Source: Candidatus Hodarchaeota archaeon (lineage in GTDB: Archaea > Asgardarchaeota > Lokiarchaeia > Sigyniarchaeales > SOKP01). From it: a stretch of DNA of 64,000 nt. A program made the position numbers and the translations under genes. The notes beneath the pieces are model-generated. The model worked only from the letters and a program-made list of their open reading frames with translations, was not told the origin of the DNA and did no database searches. The stretch is taken from assembly GCA_048887225.1 (NCBI GenBank), contig JBHLJY010000001.1, positions 96,001 through 160,000 on the forward strand, given 5' to 3'. Position 1 is the stretch's first letter; the number at the start of each line of letters is the position of its first letter. Positions 50,107 through 60,288 of the stretch are shown here, piece by piece.

Positions 50107-50124
50107 TATTGTTCACCAAATATA

Positions 50125-51288
50125 TTATTTTTTCAATAATCCTTTATCTTTTCTTAATTTTCTTTTTTCTAAGCGTTTTTTGACAACACAATATACCTCG
50201 CCTGTCATCATTGTCATAAGACAAGAATTACAACTAATACAGAGGGCTGGTGAAAGATCGCCGTTCTTCCAACGATTTGGGAGATCCGGCTCGTAAATCA
50301 ATGGTCTACACATCGATATAAAATCTGAGTGATTCTCTTTGAGAATTTTTTCGGCAGATATAGGATTTTTAATTCCTCCTACGAGAATTAACTTACAATG
50401 ATTCATTATCGGCTTTAATTCTTTAGCGGTTGGTAGAAAGTAATTCTCATCCTCTGGTGTTTTAATCATTTTGCTGGGGATTGCGTTTCTTACCTCTGTC
50501 ATCATCTCACTACCTCCTCCACTCGGCTCAATCGCATCATATCCCGTGTCTACAAGAATTTTAGTAATTTTTTTTGCTTCAGTTATGGTGAGACCACCTG
50601 GAACAAAATCATCAGTTTGTAATTTGATAATAATAGGAAAATTTTTTCCAACCTCGTCTCTAAGTTGATTGTAAATATCAACGAAGATTTTTGTTCGGCT
50701 TTTAGTATCTCCTCCATATTTATCTTCCCGTCTGTTTATGTGAGGTGAAATAAAATTGTTTAGTAAATACCCATGAGCGGCGTGTAATTGTACCATATCA
50801 TAGCCAGTTTCGTAAGCCCTCATTCCTGCTCCTACAAATTTTTCAATAATTTCTCCAATTTCTTCGGCTGTCAATTCTCGTGGTATTAAATTTGTTGCTT
50901 TATTTAGTATTGGTGAGGGGCCTACAGGAGGATATTTAGGATGAATCCCTTGACGACCAATATGAACTAATTGGGCTGCAATTTTTACGCTAGAATAATT
51001 GTGAACCGCCTCAACTAATTGTTTTTGTCCTGAAACATAAGAATCTTCATATAAATAAGCCTGATTTTGGCTACCTGAACTTTTAGGATCTACAGCAATA
51101 GCACCCGTGATTATTAATCCTGTGCCACCTTGAGCTAAGTCGGTATATAATTTTATAAGTCGATCGGTAACGTAGCCATCTTTAGTCGCCCTTTTTTCGT
51201 ACGTCGCAGACCGGACAATTCTATTTTTAATTTGGACGTTTCTTATTTTTCCAGGACGAAAAAGATATTTTAATTCTATTTTAATCAC
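50125..51288 (-). CDS. NADH:flavin oxidoreductase (Old Yellow Enzyme family) with C-terminal Cys cluster
   Basis: IKNRIVRSAT, QLVHIGR, QLHAAHGYLL, NRREDKYGG, CISCNSC. Confidence 0.92.
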   Translation of the reverse strand: MIKIELKYLFRPGKIRNVQIKNRIVRSATYEKRATKDGYVTDRLIKLYTDLAQGGTGLIITGAIAVDPKSSGSQNQAYLYEDSYVSGQKQLVEAVHNYSSVKIAAQLVHIGRQGIHPKYPPVGPSPILNKATNLIPRELTAEEIGEIIEKFVGAGMRAYETGYDMVQLHAAHGYLLNNFISPHINRREDKYGGDTKSRTKIFVDIYNQLRDEVGKNFPIIIKLQTDDFVPGGLTITEAKKITKILVDTGYDAIEPSGGGSEMMTEVRNAIPSKMIKTPEDENYFLPTAKELKPIMNHCKLILVGGIKNPISAEKILKENHSDFISMCRPLIYEPDLPNRWKNGDLSPALCISCNSCLMTMMTGEVYCVVKKRLEKRKLRKDKGLLKK

Positions 51289-51384
51289 CTAAATAAATTT
51301 ATATACTAATATTTTTATTGTTTTTTGATTTATAACATTCATATTTCAATAAAGTCAATACTTACAATTATAAAGGAAAGATAA

Positions 51385-52308
51385 ATGCCAAAATTCGAAT
51401 ATAACGATTATTGGTTTAATTACGTTCTTAACGCTGATCCTCATGAAATCAAAAATATTATTAAAGAAGAATACATCACTTCTGATGGCTTAAAAATCCA
51501 CATAGATATTTACGATAAAGAAGAGTCATTAAATAAAACAGTTATTTTTATCCACGGGACTTCAGTTTATAGCCGATTTTATGCCGAGTTTTTGTATAAT
51601 CTTTTTCAAAAAGGATTTCGTATCGTTGCGCCCGATATGATAGGACATGGGTTAAGTGAAGGAAAAAGAGGGCACTTTACTATGGAAAAATTCACGAACA
51701 CAATTTACGACGTAAATAATTATGTTAGAAAAAATTTTGGAGAGAGCGTTGCGGTTATGGGTTCGAGTTTGGGTGGTATCACTACTCTCTATAGTGTTGC
51801 TTATGATAAGAGGTTTAAAGCAGGAATTTGTCATAACGCAGCAATATTTAATGAGGAAGCATATAAAAAAATTCTTAAAATCGAAGGTAAACTGAAGGAT
51901 TTGGCTTCAGAAGTTCCGATGTTAGCAAAAAGTGCCCCAAAATCAAGATTAAGTGTTTTTACTTATTTAGATTTCTATAAGTTAGCGAAATCAGAAGATA
52001 TAATTAAAAGGATTGATTTGCTGATGAAAGACAAGATACTTTCTGATAAATATTCTATGACTGCTATTTATACTCAAATGAGTGCACCATTAGCAAGACA
52101 AATTGAAAAAATTGATACCCCAATAATGATAATTAACGGAGATGAAGATGTATTATTTACGGTCGATTATATGCAAGAAATTTACGATAGATTAAAGTGT
52201 AAAGATAAAAAATTGGAAATTTTAAAAGGAGCATCTCACTTAATTCTGCATGAAAACATTGAAGAAGTTATAAAACGTATTATCCCGTGGTTAAAAATAC
52301 ACCTATGA
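51385..52308 (+). CDS. Alpha/beta hydrolase (lysophospholipase-like)
   Basis: FIHG, DMIGHGLSEG, GSSLGG, GDED, ASH. Confidence 0.88.
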   Translation: MPKFEYNDYWFNYVLNADPHEIKNIIKEEYITSDGLKIHIDIYDKEESLNKTVIFIHGTSVYSRFYAEFLYNLFQKGFRIVAPDMIGHGLSEGKRGHFTMEKFTNTIYDVNNYVRKNFGESVAVMGSSLGGITTLYSVAYDKRFKAGICHNAAIFNEEAYKKILKIEGKLKDLASEVPMLAKSAPKSRLSVFTYLDFYKLAKSEDIIKRIDLLMKDKILSDKYSMTAIYTQMSAPLARQIEKIDTPIMIINGDEDVLFTVDYMQEIYDRLKCKDKKLEILKGASHLILHENIEEVIKRIIPWLKIHL

Positions 52309-52313
52309 TTTTT

Positions 52314-53198
52314 TTATTTCATTTTAGCGATTTCTTCGTTTACTTGTCGTATGCGCTCATCAATATCTTCAATACCTAATTTTTTCGCAAATTCCTCGAG
52401 CTTATCTTCATCTTGGTCCAAAATCTTTCTCCAAATCAAACCTCCATCAACAACAAGAGCGTGTCCAGAAACAAAATTGGAATCATCACTGGCTAGCCAT
52501 AGAGCAGCTTTGGCAACATCCTCTGGGAGGCCGGCACGTTTAATTGGTTGTATGTCAGCTAAAAAAATTTTCGCTAATACACCCAATCGTTCCGCCATAT
52601 CTTGTGGCATTCCGAGCCCTCTTCCAAATATAGCAGTCGCAATTCCTCCGGGGCATATACAATTCACACGAATATCATATTCACCTAATTCTACAGCGAC
52701 TGTGCGAGTTAAATGGATGATAGCTGCCTTAGCAGCACTATAAATATGAGGAGCCATGCCTGTTCGGAGACCTGCAACACTTGCGGTGCTAATAATACAG
52801 CCTGAACCTTGTTTTTTCATCACTGGAATAGAATGTTTCATTCCGAGAAATACACTGCGAAACATAACTTCCATAGTCACATCGAACGCATCTGTGGGTA
52901 TCTCTTCAATCGGCCCTCCAGCACCTCCAAAACCTGCGTTGTTAAACATAATATCTAGGCGTCCGAATTTTTCTACAGCGAGATCGATAGCAGCCTTGAT
53001 TTCAGATTCATTGCGTACATTCATATGAAAATACATTGCATTTTGTCCTAGCTCTTCTGCGAGGGCCTTGCCTTTATCGTCTTGGATATCACCGAATATA
53101 ATATGAGCCCCCTCTTCAATAAAGAGGCGAACCGAGGCATTACCGATACCACTTGCCCCACCCGTAATTACTCCAACCTTTCCATCGAGTCTTCCCAT
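52314..53198 (-). CDS. Short-chain dehydrogenase/reductase
   Basis: TGGASGIG, NNAG, S...YSAAK, NCICPG, VDGG. Confidence 0.95.
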   Translation of the reverse strand: MGRLDGKVGVITGGASGIGNASVRLFIEEGAHIIFGDIQDDKGKALAEELGQNAMYFHMNVRNESEIKAAIDLAVEKFGRLDIMFNNAGFGGAGGPIEEIPTDAFDVTMEVMFRSVFLGMKHSIPVMKKQGSGCIISTASVAGLRTGMAPHIYSAAKAAIIHLTRTVAVELGEYDIRVNCICPGGIATAIFGRGLGMPQDMAERLGVLAKIFLADIQPIKRAGLPEDVAKAALWLASDDSNFVSGHALVVDGGLIWRKILDQDEDKLEEFAKKLGIEDIDERIRQVNEEIAKMK

Positions 53199-53303
53199 TC
53201 TAACACATCCTTTTTAATATTAAATTGTCTTAATTTTTTTTATTTAAAATATTATTAGAATTTTAGAATTTTTATAGATTTAATTTTTATTAACTGATGT
53301 GGA

Positions 53304-55658
53304 TTAGAAAGAGGTTGTAGTAGTTGGTTGAAAGATTTTTTTTTTGATTAAATCTAAGATAATTTCAACATCACGCGGCTTAAACTTTTGTTCAGAGATA
53401 AGAAAAGTAGAATGGATATAATTTAAATTAAAATCTTTCATGATTTGTTTTGCTTTATCTATCATTGCTCTTTCGCCTATAGTAAGTTTGACATCTATTT
53501 TCTCCACAACTTTTAATGGGGAAACAAACGATGTGTGGAGGTGTTCTTCAATTAACTCACGTATCCCTGCAAATTGACTTTTAATCCCCTTAAAACGCTT
53601 TATTTCTTCGCCAAATCTACTTTCAATACTATACGATAAAGCTGTAACTGATCTTAACAATTCTTCTGAGGGACGTTCTTTCAAAATAAGTATTATTCTA
53701 AAATTTTTAAATTCTGACATTAAAACCTTTGATTCTTTATATTCTAACGAAATAGTCTGAGACTGATCGAAAGATTTCGTAAGTTCAATTCCAAAGGCAC
53801 GAATAGCTTCCAAAAATCCGGATATCAATGTGGCATCAATCTCTTTCCCAGCGATATATTGCTCATAAATATTTAATCCACTTTTCTTCTCTATTACCAT
53901 AATATAATTTAAATTAATTATATCTCTAATTTTATTGGTGAGATTTTCTCTACGTTCATCGCGTGTTCTCTTTAACATTTTAACACTTTTATAAGATATA
54001 ATACTTCCTGCTGAAATTATACCACCAATTAAAACAATAGCAAAAATTAACAGTGGATCAATACCTCCAGCTTTTTCTGTATCATCACCATTATCGTCTC
54101 CAATAATTAAAATGGAAACACCAGTAATCTGAAACGATTGTAATTGAACACCTGCATCAGTACTATTCGTCCAAAACACGAAGCATTTCCAGGTTCCAGA
54201 AATAGCTGCAGAAGATAACGTTAAGTTAAAATCAAATTCAGATGTTGTTGTTCTTTCTTTTGTCTCTTGGTGGATTTTAATTGATCTACTATCGATTAAA
54301 ATAAATGTATATTTACCTAATTTTGCTGGAGCCTTTACAACAAATCCTAAGTCATCACCTGCATTATAATCTGTTTTTGAAACGGTTAATGCAATTGGAA
54401 GTTCATTTGAATTAGCGGTAATTATCAATTGCCTTCCTCCGATTGTGGAATTATTACCTATAAATAATGTATTTCCATCATTTAAAATGGACGGTTCTGA
54501 TGTTACATTTATAACTCCGTCAAATACACTAACATGGAACCAATTATCGGGATAATCATAAAATAGTGAATAATTATATCCAAATCTATTAAAAGGTGGT
54601 TCAAACGTCCAAATATTATCTTGATTTTCCTTAATATAAACCGTTCCATAACATGATAATGAGTTATTTAGTTTGATATAATAACTTAAATTAAGGAGCA
54701 ATACATCAGATGTATTGTGTATAAATTGAATATTTAGACTAGAACTATTGGGAAAGTAATCTGTAAATGTTAAGGTTAAATTACCGGTTCCAAATATGAT
54801 ACCATCTTGGATAGAATAATCTGTTTCGTTTATTTCAGCCTTCAGATCAAGATTTGAGGGTTTAACAGTTCCGAGTGTTTGTGATTCTAATTTATAGAGA
54901 AACGTTTCATTGACTATTCCCGCTTCCCATCCAATTCCGTTCCATCTCCAATTTAACAAATCTGGATATTTAGGAAAAATATCATTATAATACCAAAAAA
55001 AAGTTCCAGGATCGGGTGGAGGACCCGTCATTTCTGTACAATTAAATACTAACGAATAATACCCCGGAGAAAGAATTACTGGTGTAGAAAAAGTATGATC
55101 CCACCATAGTGGATTCGCTGATGTTACATTCAAAGAAGCATTAGCGTAAAGGATATTGTTTGGTCTTTGAGTTCCTGGATTATAACCATAGATTTGAAGA
55201 TAACATTGAGCATCCGGAACTTTTGTTCTTAAAGCATATATTTTAACACCATATATTTTAGTAGAGGCCGTAAGATTAATCTGAACAGCATATGCTTTAT
55301 CAGTAAATTTTATCTGTTTTGAGGAGATTGGGATATCCTCAATTACCTTAATCCCTCTTTGGAAAAAGATATTACTTATATCAAGGTGTAGTTTTGAAAC
55401 ATTCCATGTTGACCTTCCTAAATTTATATCAAGGAAATTGATGTTTTCCTCTGTTCCATTATTTTCCGCAATTTCAACTAAAGAAAAATTTTTAGTTATG
55501 GTTAAAGCTTCATTACTATATACGACTTGAGAGTTACTTGGATTTTTTTTTTCTATTGGAAACTCTGAATTTTTTGAATTAATCCCTGAAAAAACCAGTG
55601 CACTAAATAGAAAAATTAATCCTAAAAGAAAAACAAAACCCAATCTCTTATTTGTCAT
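53304..55658 (-). CDS. Membrane protein: large glycosylated extracellular region, TM helix, cytoplasmic longin-like and wHTH-like domains
   Basis: N-terminal signal/TM; N-x-S/T-rich beta region; TM PLLIFAIVLIGGIISAGSII; then YIMVIEKKSGL...IDATLISGFLEAIRAFG...LEYKESKVL. Confidence 0.65.
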   Translation of the reverse strand: MTNKRLGFVFLLGLIFLFSALVFSGINSKNSEFPIEKKNPSNSQVVYSNEALTITKNFSLVEIAENNGTEENINFLDINLGRSTWNVSKLHLDISNIFFQRGIKVIEDIPISSKQIKFTDKAYAVQINLTASTKIYGVKIYALRTKVPDAQCYLQIYGYNPGTQRPNNILYANASLNVTSANPLWWDHTFSTPVILSPGYYSLVFNCTEMTGPPPDPGTFFWYYNDIFPKYPDLLNWRWNGIGWEAGIVNETFLYKLESQTLGTVKPSNLDLKAEINETDYSIQDGIIFGTGNLTLTFTDYFPNSSSLNIQFIHNTSDVLLLNLSYYIKLNNSLSCYGTVYIKENQDNIWTFEPPFNRFGYNYSLFYDYPDNWFHVSVFDGVINVTSEPSILNDGNTLFIGNNSTIGGRQLIITANSNELPIALTVSKTDYNAGDDLGFVVKAPAKLGKYTFILIDSRSIKIHQETKERTTTSEFDFNLTLSSAAISGTWKCFVFWTNSTDAGVQLQSFQITGVSILIIGDDNGDDTEKAGGIDPLLIFAIVLIGGIISAGSIISYKSVKMLKRTRDERRENLTNKIRDIINLNYIMVIEKKSGLNIYEQYIAGKEIDATLISGFLEAIRAFGIELTKSFDQSQTISLEYKESKVLMSEFKNFRIILILKERPSEELLRSVTALSYSIESRFGEEIKRFKGIKSQFAGIRELIEEHLHTSFVSPLKVVEKIDVKLTIGERAMIDKAKQIMKDFNLNYIHSTFLISEQKFKPRDVEIILDLIKKKIFQPTTTTSF

Positions 55659-55910
55659 TTTTTTAATAATTTTTTAGGAATTTAACAATAATGATAATCA
55701 TTTAGACTCAGATCAAAATTAATTAGTTTAATTATTTAAATTTTTATCGTTGGGAATCAAATTTAGTATTTGATTTAATGGTTTTTTATTAGAAAAACTT
55801 GAAATCGTAATCATCATAATTGAACATAAATTATACCCATATCAAAACTAAATAAAACCAATTATTTAAGCTTTGATTCTATCATTTAAAAAATAAAAAA
55901 AAATAATGTA

Positions 55911-56495
55911 TTAACTCTTAAGTTTTTGGAGCAAGAAAGCAAAATTTTTTCCTAAATTTTTAAAAGTTTCTAGTCCTTCTTCGTCTTTCTTGATGTCTTC
56001 TGGATCCCTTACATTAGGATTCACCCCTAAATTCCAATAGCTAGAACCAACAACAAACATTTGATTAATTAAGAAAAAATAATTTAAACTCGAGAACACA
56101 TGAGTTGCTCCTGCTCGCCTCACAGCAACTACTGCTGCGCCGACTTTATGTTTAAGAAGGTCCCCATTAACTTTACTTACAAGACCAGCTCTTTCAATTA
56201 AAGCTTTCATTCTAGTAGAAGTATCTGCAAAGTATGTAGGAGAGCCTAATATTATTCCATCTGCTTCAAGCATCTTTTCAATATATTCATTCATTTTATC
56301 AGTTTTGACTGCACATCTCTTATCTTGATTTTGTTTACATCGATAACAAGAGATACATCCTTGGAGTTTATCCATACCAATCCAATTATAATCCACTTCA
56401 ACTCCAGCAGCCTTCAATTCGTCCATTACAATATTTAAACATTGATGGGTAACCCCTTCATTCCTAGGACTTCCATTAAACAAAGCAACTTTCAT
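55911..56495 (-). CDS. Iron-sulfur flavoprotein (Isf/flavodoxin-like FMN reductase family)
   Basis: GSPRNEG, GCISCYRC...C, LGSPTYF, RRAG, SSYWN. Confidence 0.9.
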   Translation of the reverse strand: MKVALFNGSPRNEGVTHQCLNIVMDELKAAGVEVDYNWIGMDKLQGCISCYRCKQNQDKRCAVKTDKMNEYIEKMLEADGIILGSPTYFADTSTRMKALIERAGLVSKVNGDLLKHKVGAAVVAVRRAGATHVFSSLNYFFLINQMFVVGSSYWNLGVNPNVRDPEDIKKDEEGLETFKNLGKNFAFLLQKLKS

Positions 56496-56829
56496 ATCTA
56501 AAATGATCTCATCAGTATTTAATTTTTAATTTATAAAAACAATTTTATTGTTAATAAGCTTTTTTTTATATAATAAAGATTATAATTGAGAAGATCAATT
56601 AATAATTAGTGGAAAAGGTTCATACCGTACTGAAAACATAAAAAAAATAATATTTAACGGAGAAAAAGTTAAATCAGTAATTAGAGAAATAAACGACAAT
56701 CCTATTAAAATTAATTTATCCTTAAAAAAGGAGTGTTCTTCGAACGAAAAAATATGTATCATTTCCAAAACCTAACTCTAATCATTTTAATTAAGAATGT
56801 TTTAATTAGGGTATAATTTAAGATCCAAA

Positions 56830-57501
56830 ATGAGTTTTAAAGAAAAAAGAAAAAAATTAGTGGAAAGCCTAATTAAAAGGAAAATTTTAATTTCACAAAA
56901 AGTAATTAACGCAATGCTTAAAGTCCCAAGAGACAAATTTTTACCAGAAAAAGCGAAATCATCAGCATATTTGGATACACCATTATCAATTGGTTTAGGA
57001 CAAACAATAAGCGCTCCTCATATGAACGCTATGATGTGCGAATATCTTGAGCTTAAAGAAGGTGATAAAGTTTTAGAAATTGGAACAGGTTCGGGGTATC
57101 ACGCTGCTTTATGTGCTGAGTTAGTTGCGCCAAAGAATTCTAAGAATCCTGGTCACGTTTATACTATTGAAAGACATAAAGAATTAGCAGAAAGAGCGAA
57201 TAAATGTATAAAAGAAAATGGTTATGATAGCTCTGTTACAGTTATTCATGGCGATGGTACCTTAGGATACGAGGAGTCAGCACCTTACGATAAAATTTTA
57301 GTTACTGCTGCATCTCCAGAGAAGCTCCCTCCACCTTTCAAAAAACAACTAAAAGATGGGGGTATTCTTTGTATTCCTGCTGGTTCTAAATCATTTGGGC
57401 AAAATTTATACGTAATTACAAGAAATGGGAAAGAATTTAAAAGTAAAAAAATTACAGGGGTTCGCTTTGTCCCTCTTATTGGAGAATTTGGATTCAATTA
57501 A
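56830..57501 (+). CDS. pcm: Protein-L-isoaspartate O-methyltransferase
   Basis: VPRDKF, AYLDTPL.IG.GQTISAPH, VLEIGTGSGY, GDG..G, APYD, VRFVPL. Confidence 0.96.
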   Translation: MSFKEKRKKLVESLIKRKILISQKVINAMLKVPRDKFLPEKAKSSAYLDTPLSIGLGQTISAPHMNAMMCEYLELKEGDKVLEIGTGSGYHAALCAELVAPKNSKNPGHVYTIERHKELAERANKCIKENGYDSSVTVIHGDGTLGYEESAPYDKILVTAASPEKLPPPFKKQLKDGGILCIPAGSKSFGQNLYVITRNGKEFKSKKITGVRFVPLIGEFGFN

Positions 57502-57517
57502 AGAATTAGAAAAAAGG

Positions 57518-57664
57518 TTAATTTATCAATTTTTGATTGATTTTTTTTTTCATTAATTCGGTTCTCACTTTTTTAACAAATTTACTTCTTCTGATACAAT
57601 TTATTAAGGCTTCCTCATCACCATTCCAGCAATACCATTTTTCAATATTATCGCACGCAGCCAT
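57518..57664 (-). CDS. Unannotated 48-aa basic micropeptide A
   Basis: MAACDNIEKWYCWNGDEEALINCIRRSKFVKKVRTELMKKKINQKLIN; RBS AAGGTG upstream; similar to the adjacent peptide B. Confidence 0.65.
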   Translation of the reverse strand: MAACDNIEKWYCWNGDEEALINCIRRSKFVKKVRTELMKKKINQKLIN

Positions 57665-57852
57665 TATATTTCAACACCTTAATTTTTACAATCTTTCATA
57701 TTTACCCATATAAAATATAAAAAAAGACAATATGAACTTAATACTTATAATTTCTGATATTTTTCATAAAAAAAAATTACAAAAGATAAGGAATTCAATG
57801 CTTAAGATTATAAAAAGTAAAATAAAATTTTGTTAAAATAAAGAGGATTAGT

Positions 57853-57993
57853 TTAGGGAGGTGTCTTTTTATTTTTTTTTTTAAGTAGTTTTGCTCGCAC
57901 ATTACTTACGAATTCGTTTTTTTGAATGTTTTCACGGACGGATTTGTTTGAGTAAGACCAAGAATTACGTTTTTGGATTTTAATGTTTCTCAT
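57853..57993 (-). CDS. Unannotated 46-aa basic micropeptide B
   Basis: MRNIKIQKRNSWSYSNKSVRENIQKNEFVSNVRAKLLKKKNKKTPP; TTTATATA box upstream; similar to peptide A. Confidence 0.6.
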   Translation of the reverse strand: MRNIKIQKRNSWSYSNKSVRENIQKNEFVSNVRAKLLKKKNKKTPP

Positions 57994-58113
57994 AAGATCT
58001 ACATTTTTCCAATGATATTAGTACATTAATAATAAAGTTACATTTAAAGTATATAAAGATAGTTAATTCCGACAAAAAACCTATCAGACTTACAATATTG
58101 TAAAAATTAGAAT

Positions 58114-60288
58114 TTATTCAATTTTTAATTTAAGATTAATTTTAAAATTTTTATCAAGTTTAAAAAGAGGAGCTACGTTTATTCCTTGATAAATACTCTT
58201 ATATCCCATATCGGTGTACACATATGCAGATATTGGGAATTTATTAATATTTACTAAATCTGTATTACTTGAAAGCAATAGTTCAAAATTTAAATCGTAG
58301 GTCTCGTCGTAAGCTTTAAAATCTGACCCTTTATACTGAAACGGTTCCATTAAATCTTTTTCTTTTTCGTCTTTAAATTCGACTTCCACACTCTCCCACT
58401 GAAATTTTTTTGTGTCTCCATTAAAAAAAAAAGGTATGTCAGCGATAATACATATATTTTCGATAATATTTTTCAAGATTTCTTCCTTACCAGGGATCTC
58501 CTTAAATCTGCCGTCAATGGTTATTAAGATAGTATTTGCTTCGATATCTATATTTTTGGACATTTCGCAGGTTATCCTCTCATTAGAATAGGGATCTTTT
58601 ATGCTTCCAACTTTTTTAAGCTCAATAATAGCTGATGTTCCGTATTTTTCGTTTTTGGTAACTTTAAAATCACCCTCAACAAAATCTCCAAATTCATAAT
58701 AGGTGTCTTCTTGAATTTGTTTGAGAGTCACGTTCTCGTGTAAAAATCTTAAGCGTAGCATACTTCTTCTATATCTATCAATAACAATTTCTTGTGTTTT
58801 GATTTTCTCGTCTTTATGATATGCTTCATGCCATCTTGTTAAAGTATTTAACAAATTATAGGATTTTGGTTTGTAATCTAATTCAAATATTGTTCCTCCA
58901 TCAGAAGGATCAAAATACACGTTAAGAACATTTGATTCAATTAAAACGTCCATTTTACTATTTTTATTAAAATCTATAGGAGTTATTGTTATATAGGGAC
59001 TTAGAATAGGATAAATAACAGGCATTAGTTCGTCAATTATTTTTTCAGCATTTATTAAATGCGTATATACGGAAAATCGTAAGAACTGTAGATATACTCC
59101 TCCAAACAATCCATGCCAATAACAATCGTTGCATTGCGCTTTATAAATTTCGTCCCACGCCTCGTTTATTTTTACTGTAATGTTTGAATCGAAAGCTACA
59201 TTTTGCAGTTTTTTTAACTGTTCTTCAACTTGTATTAGTTTTTCTCTTACATAAAGCATTTTTTTATGCATGTTATTTGATTCTGGATATTTTACCAAAA
59301 AATACCGCCAAAAGCCTCCCGATAAAAATTGATACGCTTCCTTCCAATTTTCATCCTTTTTAATGTTTTTTCTTATTTTTTTAAATTTTTTCCTAATGTG
59401 TGTTGGTAACACCCATTCTTCCATTTTATCGTAGCTTGCTGTTGGAATGTACAATAAACTTTTCGCGGGATATTGTTGCATATATTCAGATAAGGTTATG
59501 GATTTAATCCAATCATTTTTTACTATTTGTTCAAAAAAAGCGGGAATAAAAGGTTTGTTATCATCCCCATCCCAATGCCCTTGTCCTTCTACATAGCATA
59601 TTTCGTGAGTAGATCCCCAAACACCCATTTTTTCAGCATCAGATATTAAAAGTGCAATTCGATCTCCATTATTATCAGCTGCATTTCTTAAATAATCAAT
59701 TGATAAATAGGTGGGTTTCCACGGAGTTAAATATCTTAACTCTTCGTTGATTGGAAATATCCTCAAAGTCTTTCCTTCATCTTCAGTAACATAGGTATAA
59801 AAAGTATCCTCTTCTGTTAATCCACAGGACCTAAGATGATTATCGTCAACAATAATATATTTTAATCCAACTTCGTTTAAAAAAGAAGGATAACTCGGTT
59901 CCCACACTCTTTCCGACAGCCATGCTCCTTTAACATCTAAACCAAATTCTTCTTTAATAAGAATAGAGAGCTTCTTCATTTGAGCTATTCGATCTCTATG
60001 TGGAATAATTGCAAACATAGGTTCGTAGTATCCGCCACCTATTATCTCGATTTGTTCTCTTTTAGCCATGGTTTTTAATTTATTAATGAATTCTGGTTTG
60101 TTTTTTAAAAACCATTCTAGTAAATTTCCAGAAAAATGCAGTGTTACTTTGATCTGAGGATAATTATATATATTATCAATTAAAGGACTATAAGCTTTTT
60201 TAAAACAATCTTCAAATACCCATTGAAAGTTATCGACTGGTTGGTGAAAATGAAAAACTATGGGTAGATAAATTGTTTTTTCAGCCAT
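58114..60288 (-). CDS. GH57 alpha-amylase/4-alpha-glucanotransferase
   Basis: HFHQP, GGGYYEP, WLSERVW (nucleophile Glu), SDAEKMG (acid/base Asp), AQCNDCYWHG. Confidence 0.93.
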   Translation of the reverse strand: MAEKTIYLPIVFHFHQPVDNFQWVFEDCFKKAYSPLIDNIYNYPQIKVTLHFSGNLLEWFLKNKPEFINKLKTMAKREQIEIIGGGYYEPMFAIIPHRDRIAQMKKLSILIKEEFGLDVKGAWLSERVWEPSYPSFLNEVGLKYIIVDDNHLRSCGLTEEDTFYTYVTEDEGKTLRIFPINEELRYLTPWKPTYLSIDYLRNAADNNGDRIALLISDAEKMGVWGSTHEICYVEGQGHWDGDDNKPFIPAFFEQIVKNDWIKSITLSEYMQQYPAKSLLYIPTASYDKMEEWVLPTHIRKKFKKIRKNIKKDENWKEAYQFLSGGFWRYFLVKYPESNNMHKKMLYVREKLIQVEEQLKKLQNVAFDSNITVKINEAWDEIYKAQCNDCYWHGLFGGVYLQFLRFSVYTHLINAEKIIDELMPVIYPILSPYITITPIDFNKNSKMDVLIESNVLNVYFDPSDGGTIFELDYKPKSYNLLNTLTRWHEAYHKDEKIKTQEIVIDRYRRSMLRLRFLHENVTLKQIQEDTYYEFGDFVEGDFKVTKNEKYGTSAIIELKKVGSIKDPYSNERITCEMSKNIDIEANTILITIDGRFKEIPGKEEILKNIIENICIIADIPFFFNGDTKKFQWESVEVEFKDEKEKDLMEPFQYKGSDFKAYDETYDLNFELLLSSNTDLVNINKFPISAYVYTDMGYKSIYQGINVAPLFKLDKNFKINLKLKIE

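Noticed and set aside
52351-53028. Long + strand ORFs (130 and 90 aa) antisense to the SDR gene
   Set aside because: Antisense shadow frames are typical of SDR genes; Ser/Pro/Ile-rich translations, no RBS or motif.
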